A DNA stretch of 64,000 nucleotides from Ancylonema sp. (lineage: Eukaryota), in NCBI GenBank assembly GCA_050230475.1, contig JBFLGF010000016.1:1-64000 (forward strand), in the 5' to 3' direction. The notes below the pieces were generated by a model, which saw only the letters and a program-made list of their open reading frames with translations, made no database searches and was not told the origin of the DNA. The stretch's first letter is position 1; every line of letters starts with the position of its first letter. Made by a program: the position numbers and the translations under genes. Positions 1 through 13,646 of the stretch are shown in pieces.

Positions 1-107
1 AGACTACTCACACAGCATTATTGTCAGCAGCACCATATAGTATATGCATTGATACAGCTTATTTTATTTCCTTGCAAAGAAGTGTAAACTGGTGAATGGT
101 GTATTCT

Positions 108-756
108 TTACCACGTCGTCACAAACCTACCACTGAACTCCACTGCGGCGCCACTGATAGTTAGATTCGCGCTGAAAGAAGACTCGCCGTTTGATTTGAA
201 CGCCACCTTGATGGGCTCGCCAGAAGTAGCCCTGAAAGTTGCTTTTACCCAGTTCACCTCCGCGTTCGAAACAAACTGCAGCGAATTTTTTTTAAGAAGG
301 GCAGCAATATAATGAGTCGTCGGAAGAATCTTTTTCAATATCGGCCATAGAGGATTCGACAACTTATCGTGGCATGCATCAAATGGAAATCAATGTTTTT
401 ATGTGAAAGAGTAGCGAAATTCCTCAGCCAGAATCCTACGCGCAAGCAACCTAAATCAAATTCACCCTTAATTAAACCGGATACATTAGGGAAAGATATC
501 GTACGTTTCCTTCTGGATGCTGCACAATGTAATCCAGGACCACTGGTCCATCGAGGTAGAACACCGGAACCGCGACCAGCTTCGCTTGCAAGGAAGGGGT
601 AGCCGAAGAGTTTACCACGATTATTGATTGAGAGACAGCAGCGGGGTTCGGCTCCAGAAGCACAGTTTGGACGCTACCCTGACCTAACGACAGGTAGGGA
701 AGGGTTGTAAGACATAGAAATACAGCGAGGAAAAAAGCCTGAATATTTTTCGGCAT
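108..756 (-). CDS. Secreted protein of unknown function, paralog A (spliced; probably continues off the left edge)
   Basis: Exon 1 (756-505) encodes a signal-peptide-like N-terminus (MPKNIQAFFLAVFLCLTTLPYLSLG) and ends QHPEGN at a GT donor (gtacga). An in-phase exon after ctgcag (~277) reads FVSNAEVNWVKATF... Exon 1 resembles that of the gene at 2254-4313. Confidence 0.6.
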
Positions 757-2253
757 CTGGACTGATTTTGTGCTTCTACCAGTCTCCTTTCTCTCACAGC
801 TGATTTATTGGATGCAGTGGTATGATGGAAGCTGTCCTGGGCTGAAAAGGACCTGTTTTCTTTGCATCTGTGCAGCGGCCAGCAGAGTGGACTTCGAGTT
901 GAGTAAGAAGTGGACATTCTTCCACACAGAAAGCGCGTATTGAGTCCCGTTCTACCTTCCGATGCCACCGCATGCCAGCGTTTGCAAATCTGCTGCGAGC
1001 ATCAGACGTCTCACAGCGCAAAAAACATATCGCTTTCACAACAAATGATTTAGCACGCGCCACGTACTTCGTAGGTTCGACATGGCGAGGTTCCCTAAAG
1101 ATTTGAAGCATCAGTCCATTAAGAGGAGCGATAGGATTGTGTACTTTCGATATGCGGAAGAATTTGGACAACGGGGCGTGCTCGTAAAATCACATATGTA
1201 TGTTATGATTAGCGGCGTTCAGCAGCGGTTACCGGTTCCCACCGATATCTATTTGTGCTCATGGCCTCTTTTTCATTTGCATGATATCATTAAGTCCTGA
1301 AAACCTGCTATTCGAGGGCATCACTTTCCAAGCGTAAGCAACGTATTCGTCTGGCTAGTAGTGTATATCGAGTACATTATCGTATCATCGATATCTATAT
1401 CAGGACGTACCCGTAATTATCCATCGATGGGTCGATGTCGTGAAATTAATACGACCGTACCCAATATTTGAGCTGATTTGGCAAAAAAAAATTCCTGGTT
1501 TCTTAATGCACAAGTGAGATTGAAATGCAATCGAATCCGCGACCGATATCGCATCGGACACTACTTCCGCTACTGATAATCAACAAGAATAAGCAAAATC
1601 TTATTGAGCCGAAGAAGATATATACGTCGATGTTGTCTTATGCATGATATGTATGTGCGTTATGATATAAAAAAACAAGTCGATGGTAGATCACATAAGC
1701 TAACGGACTCACCGATTCTACGCTACTTCTTTCTGGCTGTAGGTTAATGGAATCAAATAAAAAGAGAATGTGCACAAATAAAAACAAGGTATTTAGTATG
1801 CGAAAATAAAATTTATGTGTTCGATGCGTGTATGGATTTGTCTTTTTGTAACGATAAATTTGAGGTCGGAGATTGCAAAAAGAACCATCGGACGATCAAA
1901 CAACTTATATAATAAGGTGACCGCAGATCTCACTTTCTTTGATTAAAAATCACTTGCTGCCCTCAAATTGAATAAATCTGAGCTTGATTGACGTAATGGG
2001 GGATCATTTAGCAAAACAAAATCACGTAACAACCACATCTCGGTTGATCTACATCCTTCACATCGACAATAACTTCTCTAGTGAAGATTGCTCTATAGAT
2101 AACACTTTTAACATAGAAGACATAGCAGTCTCATAAACCACAAAACATAATGATAAAACTTGCAACGTAGGAGTCTCATAAACAAGAAAACATATTGATG
2201 AGATACCATTCGAAGGACCTTCCAGACAATAGCTCTCGTATATCACACTTCTT

Positions 2254-4313
2254 TTATCCATGGAATCGCTGGTATTTCCCGTGACGGGGTGGATTTGGCA
2301 TTCGGTGTTTGCTTGGCGATCGTCTGGGAGCGTCATGGATGTTTTCCACTGTTGTTGGGGCATATGCTGGAGAAGGTGAGTGAGCTCGGGTCGCGACAGG
2401 AACCGGTGTTAGTCCCCTCCCACCCCTCGCAGACTTCGGCGGTATGATTTGAGGAGTCGTTTCGACACGGTAACCTCCGCTTTGAAAACTAAACGTTATT
2501 TGGATTTCTGATGTTCCATCCAGGTTGCCAAAGGCCTTGGTGTTTGGCGTGAAGAGTTTCAAGATGTCACTGCAAGAAGCGCAAAGAAAAAGGTCGATGT
2601 ACCTACTGTAGAGCAATCCAAGCAACGGAATATGATGCACTATTGAGCCATTCAAGACCTTAACGTCATGGTTGGGATTGTACTATTCTACGATCGAAAT
2701 TGTGCAAAATGATGGTTGCTTGCTCTTTTTGTCATACAAATTTTTAAAAACATGAACTTCGGAAGCTTTTGCACTGAAAACCTCGATATTACTTCCTCTA
2801 TCCCTTTCAAGATCAATATCTTAACATCTTTTCGATACAACGACCACTTGTTTCACCATAACAATCTGGCACAAGTTTCTCACTTACTGATCCGTAATTG
2901 AGTAACTCCGTTACTTACTTGGCGGTGGCATTGACACTGAGGTGTACATCAAGAATCAGCTCTCGACCCTGCGAAAATGGAATGGACAGAATTTTAATAT
3001 AATGTGTGTGTCGTAAGTTTCGTGGTTCCGAGCAAGTTGAGAACATTAGAAATATACATGAGAACAATAGAACCTGCCCCGCTTTCAAATGACGCGAATC
3101 TAAACATGTCACTTACTGATTTCGATACAACACACTGCACCATTTTTTACGACTGCAATCAGTCACGCGTACTCACATCGTGTCCCCCAATAAGCTGACC
3201 GACAATCACAGGCTTTAGCGCTGGAATTACGCTGACAGTGACGTCAGTTTCCAAGAAAGAATTCAGATTCAGGTTCCCAGTGACAGAAGTCGCCTCCAGA
3301 ACCACACTATCAGGTATAAATTGGAAGCGACCAGCAGCATCCACGTTGAAAAGGCCACCTGGCCACTAGATTGACGTCAGCGCAAACCATGTGTTGTGGG
3401 AGCATGGTACACAACACAACAACTGATCATGTAACAACAACCAAACACCAACTGTTGTGTGCTGGTTACCACAATTATTCAGCGTTCAGAATTAAAGCAT
3501 ATGAGCTCATGGAGCTATGACTAACAGAAACAGCAAACTTGCCTCTGATACAAGACGAGATCACAAAAGCTTATGTGTTTAAGACCAGTGATAGTTACCA
3601 GAGATAGATACGGATGCCCCCGATATCAAAGCAAACGCAAAGAATGAAGAATTTCTTCCACTGAACCGTACGGTCCATGATTTCTTTGAGCTGGTGGCAA
3701 CCAGAGTGCATGACTCCCACTCGACTTGCGCCAAGCTGAGGAACTGCGAAGGGAATTAGGCAATCTTATAACGAGACGAGTCGGCCCTTGGACCATCTAT
3801 AAAATGTTGGATGCAAGAAAGTCAATCGGTGCAAACTGTTTTCAATAGACACCTAAGTTCTTAGATTTTCTGGATGGACCTATCTGGATAACATTTTTTG
3901 TCGAGGAAAATGAATCTGGATCTATCGCAGATCCAGATTCTATTGCGATGCTGAGGAAAAAATCTGTGAAATATCAAACAATTATAAAAATTGATGTTGA
4001 CGACATTCCAAACTACTTCCATGTCCTATCCACTCACGTTTCCCTCCGGATTCTGGTTTAGAAAGTTGAGAGAAACTCCTCCATTCCCAAGAAGAAACTG
4101 AGGAAAATAAATGAAAGAAATGTCGATGGAGCTTGGGATTCCTGCGTTCCTGTGATGTATATGGTAGGATCCGTTCACTTGAGGAGGATTCGGTGAGAGG
4201 TTGACTCCCTGCACTCCATTACTCTGGCATGTCGCCGATGGCGCAAGATATGCCAGACAAATAACGACGATACAGATCTGTTTGAAGAAGTGCTCCATTG
4301 ACTCTGTCGCCAT
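2254..4313 (-). CDS. Secreted protein of unknown function, paralog B (multi-exon, Pro/Thr-rich C-terminal tail)
   Basis: Exon 1 (4313-4038) has a hydrophobic signal peptide and ends QNPEGN|gtgagt. Exon 3365-3177 reads WPGGLFNVDAAG...GGHD|gtgagt, a small exon at ~2968-2919 reads GRELILDVHLSVNATA|gtaagt, and the last exon is ~2680-2254. The final acceptor is not resolved. Confidence 0.6.
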
Positions 4314-6063
4314 TATTTCCGGATTCAACAGAATTTCTGCGGCAATATATGTCTCAGCGTCAATTCTAACTCGTCGTGTGAGATGCTGAGGTGATGTCAA
4401 GGGAGTATATCTAAGGAAAAAAAAGACAATCTTGCAACTTGTGAGGATACGGAGAACGCACTTGGTAGAAGAAACAACAGTCGACGTACGGCTCCTTCCA
4501 AAATGTTGAGACTCTTCCAGCCAGAGTGCTTTTTAGTACCAATTCCAATTTGAAAATTCAGGTGGGAACGACTTCTGCTCCTGGAAGTTATGTCAGCACG
4601 GATTCTTCGCACGCGCTAAATGAGGAACAACGGGTTGTTGAAACGAATTTACCGGTACATCGAATCCCCCTGACCCGGTAATTTGAACATCGACAATTTA
4701 TTCTCAAAAACATCCCCTGTCGCTGATGTTATTGAACTGAAGTACTCTCACCATTGATGTTCCATGTCGCATATAAACTGCCGTCGATTCATGCCCGAGA
4801 TTATCCTTGTTATGATGGAATAGTATCCCGTTTAATTTATCGTTGCCATATACCGTGTCACATGACAAGTCAAGTGACGATGCTCACGAACCAATGAACG
4901 TGCTATGTTGCTGTTATGCAAAATATATCGGACATTTAGTGTTGGCAACCTTTGACTGCGTTCATTATCAACGCCGTTGGTTTTTCGGATCCATTTATGT
5001 TGATCTTTTGATTGAAGATGTTCTTGATGTTGAGCGAATTCGAGCCGATATCTCATTGAAATCCGTAAAATTTGAAGGGGTGTGCCTTATTTTTCGACGA
5101 CGACGATCAAGTATGATAAGATAACGGTCACACGTGTTCATCTTCGATGCGCTTGTCCGTTGTTGACACGAGAGGCCGAATGCCTTCGCATGTGCATGTG
5201 CAAGATTTTCCGTACTAGTGTTCTTAACGGACTTGATCTGGCTTTCCGGCACGTTTTCGGTTTTTCGGAAATATTTGTGAGAACCTTGGAGCTTGGGATT
5301 TTGCTTCGCAAGTGTGGGATCGCATTGCTAGCAACATTGAAGCTCAGGTCCATAAAAAGAAACGGCTACCATGCATGGATCCAAGTCCATCCACTCATTC
5401 TCTCATTACAACTCGCTAGTTTGCATTCATATCCTCCGAAGATAATGTTCAGCAAAAAGCGTTGCATTTCTTTGAAGTCGTCGTTTGTGTCACTTAGGCC
5501 TAGCGCGCTAGGATCTCGCTCATCTCCACAACGCTTTAGATGCATTCATCGACATGTTTTTGATTTGTGGGAACACAATCACTGGACTTTGAACTCAAGT
5601 TGATGATACTATAAAAATCATACCATCATTCAAAGAAAGTACAATCGTAAAAGATGCATCCCTTGTGCTACATGGCTAATGATAGCCTCCAAGGTTAGAG
5701 GGAGCCAATGCCATTTGTTGGCACAGTCATTCATTCACGCGACTATTGGCACTTCTTGTACCACGCGTGGCCGAATGTACCGGGTAGTAAGACTAAAAAA
5801 TTGTACATGAAACCTTCTACGGATTCAATAAGTGTCGAACTCGCCACACATGACCATGGGTTTGGCTACCCTTATATATACGACATGCAAACACTATAAT
5901 TGAACTTTATCTTGTGCACACATTCGTTGTCACAAACAACTATTGGTGACAAATGAATCGATCCCTATGCACATGGTGAAGGCGTTCGTCGTTACAATGA
6001 TTATAATATTTCACAAAGATATGATGATGACTATGCATTGTACAATACAAAAACTCATCGAAA

Positions 6064-8656
6064 TTACGAAGCGAGTGATTTCTGCGCCTCAACCTCCTCA
6101 TCTTCGCCATACCTTAGTATGCTTGCCCCTCCCTCTCTTCGCCCTACTCTAGAAGCTTCACTCAACTTAGATTCCGTTTGACTTCTCCTCTCGTACTCGG
6201 CCTTGTAGTATTGCAAGCTAAGAAAACTCAAAACAGTACTTGCCAGCACCGCAACCAAACAAGCAACCGCCATGATATAAAATGTTAGTCTGAAACAATG
6301 CCCGCCCGTGCAAAGTAGAGCCGAGGGTGGGGGAGCCATGGCTTTTGTAGGCGAAAGATTCAAATTCCCGGACTCTATTTCGGCTTCTTTGTCATAGAGG
6401 TATCCTGCCACACAGACCGACAACAAGTACGACCCTGTCGGGTTCGTGATCGTAAGCCAATTATAAAACGTCCCGAAATTCTTCAACCCACAGAGCTCCG
6501 ATGCGACGGCAGGCATGATCCCCCACTGCGCCCCGTATGTGAACCCGACTAAACCCGACGCGAAATACAGAGTGCCCGGTAAAGCAGAGGCACACAACAA
6601 GTGCCCCACCCCCATCAAAGCCTGCGTGATTGCCATAAATGCCGGCCGGGGCCACCCCATCTCCCTCACAAAATACTCCGAAACAAACCCCCCCCCCACC
6701 CTCCCCAGGAAATTCCAAATACTCAGCAACGAGACCAGCACCCCGATCGAGTTCTGGTCATACCCCACCGCCCGCCCAATTTGTCCCAAATTGTTGATCA
6801 CTGTGAGCCCAGACCCTGCAGCCAGAGTGAGCGCGAGGTAAATGAGCCAAAAATCCGGCGTGCAAAACCCCTGTAGCAGATTGTGGTCTTCCCCTCTTGC
6901 TGGCCTCCCAGCCACCGCCACCGACCCACCCCCACCCCCAACCCCCACCCCCGACCCCTGGGCTCGTTGGACCTTCGGACCCCCCCCCAGAAGCCTCTCC
7001 TCCTCGTCTGAAGGTTTCTCCTGGGATTGCATCCTGGCCCTCCAGTTCAGACCCCCCCTGGCTACCACAGGCTCTGTTGCTGCACCCCACCCCTCCTCCC
7101 CCCCGTCTCCCCTACTTTCCACCTCCCCTTCCTCCCGTTTCCTCCCGCCCCCGCCCCCGCCCCCCACCCCAACCCCAACCCCGCCCCCACCCGCACCCCC
7201 ATCCCATTCCTGCCTCACAGCAACGTATACGGGCAGGGATAGGAGAAGGAAAGCGCCAATGGTGAATACCAGACTCAGAGTGCGCCCTACGTTGATTGCT
7301 GCGTCCAATAGGCTTGCCCCGAGTAGGTAGAACGCCAGACTGACGCCCAGAGCCATGAAGAGCCCGAGGTTGGCGCGCTCATTGGGGTCTTCCGTGGGGG
7401 GGAGGGGTCGGATGAGGGGGATCACGAGCACGGCAATGAGGGCGGGAAGCCAGGCGACCAATAAAAGGAAAGCGTCTTTGTCGGGGGCATAGAGTGCCAT
7501 GTAGATTTGGGTGAAAATGGCACCGCTGAGACCGATGTAGCCCTGGATTTGTTTATTTTTATTTTTTTGGGGGGGGGGTGGGAGGGGGGGGGAAGGGATG
7601 AGCTTCGACCGAGATTTTGGTGTGGTATCAGGACTGTTATTGTCTTGAGAGGTTGTGTTTTCATGTTTAAGGCGAGTAAGAAAGTATGTTCTCATATGCG
7701 TCCAGTACGCGGGAGAAGGGAATTGAGGATCTGTGGTAATTTTGTAAAGAATACTTATTTTTAGGAAGAAGAAGAAGGGATAAAAAACTAATGTTTCTGT
7801 ACCACTTCGAGTACTTCAGGAAATCATAATTAAGATTTGTACAACTTGTGACAATTGCAGCATATTTTGATGCACATCGGGGGTGCTGCACTACCACTTT
7901 TTGTTATATTGAAATGCATTTAGTACTGGCAAACGGAGGTGATGTGACGTCCATTGTCAACAACTTCTTATACCAACTCCTTCCCCTGCTTGCTCCCAGT
8001 GAAAAAGCACGATGCCTACTCCCGATCAAGGACAAACAGTCTACACAGTGCTCCCTCGATATAACGACCCTCTTTATAAGGATATCGAGAGAGCACTTCG
8101 GAAATTATTCCGGCTCATGATGTAGAATCTGGATCTGATCCCGAACAATCTAGACTGGAGCGGACTAGACTGGAGTTAGAAATCCAAAGCTTGCACAGAG
8201 TGGAACCCCACTAACCTTCAGCAGCCCGACAACGGGCCCCCGGCTGTTCGGGAAGTTCTTCACGTTGGTCACCAACCCCGCTGTGTTGAAAAAAGTCGCC
8301 CCGTTCGTCCCAATAGCGATGTAGAGACACACGAGCCAGAAACCGGGTACGGGTATCTTCCCGGTGAGAGAAAGGTAGAGCATTCCGTACCCGAACGCCG
8401 ACTGTACGGCACCTACTAGAAGAACCACCCAGATCGGCGCGACGTCTCCCAAGAATCCGGACGTTATTCCCACGTTACCACCGATGTCCTTCGCCATTCC
8501 GACCCCGTCCAGCATCTGTTGGTTATATCCGAACGTGGATTTGAAGCTCTGGGAATACATTCCGAACATGTACGCTGTGCCGGCGCTGGACTGTAGCCAT
8601 GTCGCTGCAAAGAATACGATGTACCGATTCCGGAGCAATCCACGCCATTGGAACAT
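6064..8656 (-). CDS. Nodulin-like major facilitator superfamily transporter (NFD4-like family), 2 exons
   Basis: Exon 1 (8656-8216) contains WLQSSAGTAYMFGMYS, KDIGGNVG and NVKNFPNSRGPVVGLLK|gttagt. Exon 2 (7542-6064) contains cag|GYIGLSGAIFTQIY, GSGLTVINNLGQIG, SIWNFLGR and CTGGHCF. These are plant nodulin-like/MFS motifs with an in-phase intron. Confidence 0.92.
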
Positions 8657-9201
8657 TGCGCTTAACTCTTCTACGCGTTACGTTCCACAAGGAACGTTTT
8701 TACGACCAAATGGTCCACGCGGTCAAGGCGATGGGCGTAGGTAGTCTGTTAAATTTGGTCAGAGCTGAAATGACCAGGTGCAGGGGTACAATGGCACATT
8801 CGACCACGCAATCAAATTTGTCGCTGAACTTGAGGCAAGGTGATAAGGGGGAGTGGCTTCAACTTTCATCTCGTAAAAAAACTGCGGGTAGCATGCAGTG
8901 AGAACTTTAAATTCCATTTAGGATGCAGAGGAAGATCGAATGATACCCTTACTGTTTCCTGCTGCCATAGGACCCGACGCTATCGATATTTCAGCACCGG
9001 TCTGACATCACTGGCTGAGAGCAATTCGCCTGTCGCAAGTCATGGCCACAACGACCACGAAACAGCATTGTCGGCCCGCCGTCAAAACAGGTGTCCATGT
9101 CCTGAAGACCTGAATACTCACGTGGCAAAACTGTCGGCAAGACCACTACTCAACCGGTTTGGGACGACCGACCGGTAGTCTTAGGGTTCGTGCGGCTCCG
9201 C

Positions 9202-10323
9202 CAGGTATGGCAAATTAGGCCCTAAATTGATCTCTGGGGTTTATGAACGTACAAACCCTAATTAGAAGTTGCACTTGAATTGCTGAATTGCTAAGGTAGA
9301 CATAGTTCTTGGGTGCCTAGGCAGTTTTGAACACAATGGTGCCCCTACAAACTTGTCATTCCAATGGCTAAATGTGTTTCAATCATAATTTCAAAATGAT
9401 TAAACAAAATGGGAATCACCACGTTCAAACGAGCCCATTAGCAACTACATTCTCTGTATCATGCATGTTTGATCTCCTTCGTCATTTTGGTAAATAAATA
9501 AGTTTTGTTTCCTAACACCTATCTGAGCGTATGATGTATTTGAAAAAAATAGAGCGAGAATTCAATAATTGGTGTCTCAAATATTGGAAAAAAACAAAGT
9601 CGAAGTGACGATCAAAGAGAGAACGATTGGAAGCATCGTTGATGGGTAGTCGATTTATCACGTGATCCATCGCCGCATTTATATAAACATCGGCACTTAT
9701 TTTGTAGTCTACAAGAACAACGTGAATAAATAATGAAATAAGAGGGTTTCGGTCATCACAAATTGGAGGGTAAAGTAGCGTGTCCAAGACGGTCGCGCAA
9801 GGAAATCGATGGCATTTTATTAAATTAGTCTTCAATGCCATTTATTCTCCAACCCGTTCGACAATTTTGGGGACGGGGGCGGAGGAAAGGCAAGATGGTA
9901 TTTCCTTCGAAGAGCCTCAATTCCGAGTCCCCCGGATGACTCAATTCCGTACGACCCTGTGAGAGGTCACCGTTGCTAAGATATATTGTCTCGCAGTTCC
10001 CGATTGAGTAGGCATTTCCCGATTGCGCTTGACAAATGTCTGGTCGTCCGATGTCTACTCAAAGTATCCGCAATGGCGAAACGTCTGTTGTCACTAAAAA
10101 AATTTTGTCACTACGTTTTGGTCACATTCCCCCCCCCCCCGAGGAGAGCAATTTAGGCCCTAAATTGACGGCTGGGGGTGGGAAATGCCCCTGAATTGGC
10201 CCTAAATTCAATTTTTACTCAGGGGTTTTAGGGGTGAGTTTTGGGCATACCCTTAGTATGCTTTTGTAATTACGGTCTATATACCCCTAAGTACGAAGAG
10301 GGTTTTTAGACTTGCCATCCCTG
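9202..10323. mobile_element. Non-autonomous hAT-like DNA transposon
   Basis: Termini CAGGTATGGCAA (9202) and TTGCCATCCCTG (ends 10323) form an Ac-like TIR. The 8-bp flanks GGCTCCGC / CGCTCCGC match 7/8. A subterminal motif GGCCCTAAATT occurs near both ends, and there is no transposase ORF. Confidence 0.75.
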
Positions 10324-10896
10324 CGCTCCGCATTCCGCACTCGGGCCATCCACCTGGTGGATTCCACCATACCGCTACACCTGTACATTGCTCCTTCGAT
10401 ATATGGACCCTCGTTAAACATACAGCCTAGATATAAGGACGGTTTTTCAGAACTTTTAAAAAATCAACACAAATCGCCCTCGATACAAGCATAACGACAC
10501 AACTACTTAAAAACATGATTTCAAAATTTTGTTAGAGAATGTCCTTCAATTTGTATAAAACGTTGTTTCTCGCATCTAGCGATGTATGGAAATCGATTAA
10601 ATTATAGAATCCCAAAAATACGAATTAACGTCGATGCAAGTGATGAAAATTTATAGGTGCAAACTAATGTCCAACGTTTCTTAGGTGCTAGTTAGTGTCG
10701 AATCATGTCGATATTATATGTGTGTCCGTTTCTTATGCCATATTGAAAGTTTTTGGTGGCAATCTTTTAGCCGATTTCAAATTATGAAAATGTACAGAAG
10801 GATTTGGATAGATCCGGTTTGTTGGGATGCATAAGAATTGTGTATTTTGTTTGCGGTTCGGAATTTGGAACTGGTGTAGTCTCTTCATGACAAGTA

Positions 10897-12029
10897 CAGT
10901 AAAACTTGTCTAAAATAAACATGTCTAAAATAGTAACCTCTATAAAAGAATAGAAAATGTCCCCCCCGATGTTGGGGGAGTGTAAATATTCCAAAACCTG
11001 TATAACTATCTGAAAGAATACTATTTTACCCCCCCGCGATATGTATAAAAGAATAATGTACGGAATCCGTACATTCTGGTACCGGTTTTGGTATGTCCGT
11101 ACATAATAAGTATCTCCAAAATTGTGGGAAGTGAGTATGAAACGTCCGGTAGGACAAAATTGTTGCCGGAAAATATTTGGTGGATGGTGCGAGTGCCTTC
11201 CACGTGCATATATTATCTCCCAAGTTGTGGGAATTCATGTGGGATTCGCTACACGACAATTTTGGGCGCTGCGACCGGTATGTCGGGTACAGTAAACCCT
11301 TGATATAGTGACACTCGATATAGTGACAATCACGATATAGTGACATTTTTTCTGCCCTTTTTCTAATCCTATATAAAAACCCACTCGATATAGTTATAAT
11401 CGCTATAGTGACACACGCTATAGTGACTAAGTTTTCCCAGTTTTTATTATTGAGATGTCACTATAGAGTGAAACTTGCCTATATTAACGTTGTGAAAATT
11501 GATATCCGCCCAAATCTAATAAAAAATAATTAATAATAAATTAATAACATGTCTGAATTAATATTTTATACATGTCCTGACATTATTACTTCAAAGAGGT
11601 GTCATTGTAGCGAGTGGATATTAGAACAAACGCCATATAGATGACCTACCTTCTTCAATAAAAACCTCTGCGAACCCGAAGTGGTTGCTCAAAATAACCT
11701 AAAATTCACTTTCCTTCGATATAGTGACATTGGCTCAATGTCGCCCTATCAAATGTCACTATGTAGTGTATAGTGACACTCCTCGCATTCGATATAGTGA
11801 CATTATTTTCCACTGTCTATAAAATTGTCACTATATCAAGGGTTTACTGTAGTATAAGGTGGAAAACACGTTTCAACGGATTCTGAACTGGATATTGGCT
11901 TGTTTCCCGTCGTAGGCACACGGGAACGGGTTTTAGGACGTTTGGAATTAGAACTGTCTAAATGAATAACGTGTCTAAAAGAATATATTTTCTCCTCCCC
12001 AAGAGTATTCTTTTAGACAGGTTTTATTG
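10897..12029. mobile_element. Tc1/pogo-type MITE (outer element)
   Basis: TA|CAGTAAAACTTGTCTAAAA ... TTTTAGACAGGTTTTATTG|TA imperfect TIRs with TA TSDs. A TGTCTAAA subterminal motif recurs at both ends. Confidence 0.7.
11290..11849. mobile_element. Tc1/pogo-type MITE nested in the previous MITE
   Basis: Perfect 24-bp TIR CAGTAAACCCTTGATATAGTGACA / TGTCACTATATCAAGGGTTTACTG with TA TSDs. Many internal (GA)TATAGTGACA copies occur in both orientations. Confidence 0.9.
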
Positions 12030-12759
12030 TATAGGTTTGTCTTGCCTATAATCGATTAAATCTATATAAAGACAAAAGTTCACAGACCCTAAAAACTAAC
12101 ACACATCGACATTGAATGAGTGTTCAATTGTCGTAGACTAGCCATTGGATATAACAAAAGCTCATCCATTACTTATATTTTTTGTTGCGAGGGCGACCTA
12201 AGTAGAAAAGTAACTCGTTTGAGATGGTTTGTTTTGCATAAGAAAATTCAAAGGAAACGGGAAGCCAACAAATCCCGAGAACACATATTGTGGAATTACA
12301 TACAATGATTCGCCATTGAAAACATGAAAGCATATCTAACATCAATCCTTTGTGGGTTGTTTAAAGTAATCCTAATAATTGTCGTATGATTACATGTCGT
12401 GTGGCAAAATGTAATCACACCACCCTTCAACATAATTACCCTGAAAAATAAGAATTTGAAGCATATATGTGGTGTCTATCTCAGCATGCTCATACGCTCT
12501 ACACTTGCCACAAAATTGACTTAATTTTGTTGATTAATTTGATGCAATGGGGTGCTAGAACTGCGTAGGGGAGTGAAGTGGGAGATGTGGGGTGGTAAAG
12601 GAGGAGTGTATGGGGTAGAGGGTGAAGAGATCGGGTGGAGTGGTGCAGTTTGAGGCAAAATGGAGTGTCCGGGGAGAAAGGGTGTTTGAAAGTGGCATTT
12701 TGCCAGGGACATTCTGCTAGGTGTGGTAGAATAGCCCTTTGGCCAGCACGATGAGTATG

Positions 12760-13030
12760 AGCACGACAGTCTTAGCATGGATTGCATGTGCTAGAGAACG
12801 TTGTAAAGCAACAACAACTCTCTGCCAAAACCAAGTAATTAGCAAACTAGCATTTTGCCCTGTTCGCCCATTCAGCTGCGCCGCACGGTGAGCACAATCC
12901 ACCAACAACCGATTGCTTGCATCGGAAAGCGCACCGTACGTCACCAACGCAAACGGGATAAACTTGGTCCCCGCCGCGCGATCACGATAGTGTGTTTCTT
13001 TGCGCCTTTCCGCATCCTTTGCGGCCACCA
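12760..13030 (-). mobile_element. Fragment of a non-LTR retrotransposon: C-terminal restriction-like endonuclease (CRE-like clade)
   Basis: AAKDAERRKETHY...FIPFALVTYG...QRVVVALQRSLA matches the K..Y / F.P...E(T).G / QR...ALQR pattern of RLE-type LINE C-termini. Confidence 0.65.
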
Positions 13031-13646
13031 CTTCAAAATATGTTGTGAAATCTTGAATATTCAACGCGTTCACAAGCTATTCACAAAATTATATTGAACT
13101 CACGGGTTAAAGAGCAAAACGTATCGAAACCGGTTCAAAATGAATGCTAACAGAGGCGGGGCCAATTTTGTGAAAAATATTTAGAAGGGGGTCAATAATT
13201 CACAACTTTTCACACGTGCAACTAGAATAAGTATTAGAGGTTGTTGCTAATGGGGCCTCTCAATAATTGCATGCCGTATTAGCCATAGTGAGTCCCGCTC
13301 CGCTCGCGGAATTTTCGAGCCCGGCTCCGAGCTGGCGCACGTCCGCGACCCGCGTGGCAAAAACAAAATCGAAATGCGAATAAGTACAAACTCTCTCCCG
13401 CCAAGCAGGTAGTTACTAGTTACCGGAACTTCGGGTATTTCGTCCCGAACATAGTAAACATACTCTGATGGTTACTTTAGAGATTGTGTCAGTCGGATCC
13501 GTTTTTTTTTTTGGCAATTGAAAAATGATGTAGCGAATCTTAAAGATATCTTCCCATTAGGAATCGGACGACATCTAGAAGAGGAACGGGGCAATGAACA
13601 ATGCTCACCCGTCAAATGTGGGATAAAAAAAAATTAAAAAAAAAAA

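Noticed and set aside
4397..5900. Several short ORFs including 5082-5603
   Set aside because: No recognisable motifs or splice structure, so treated as intergenic.
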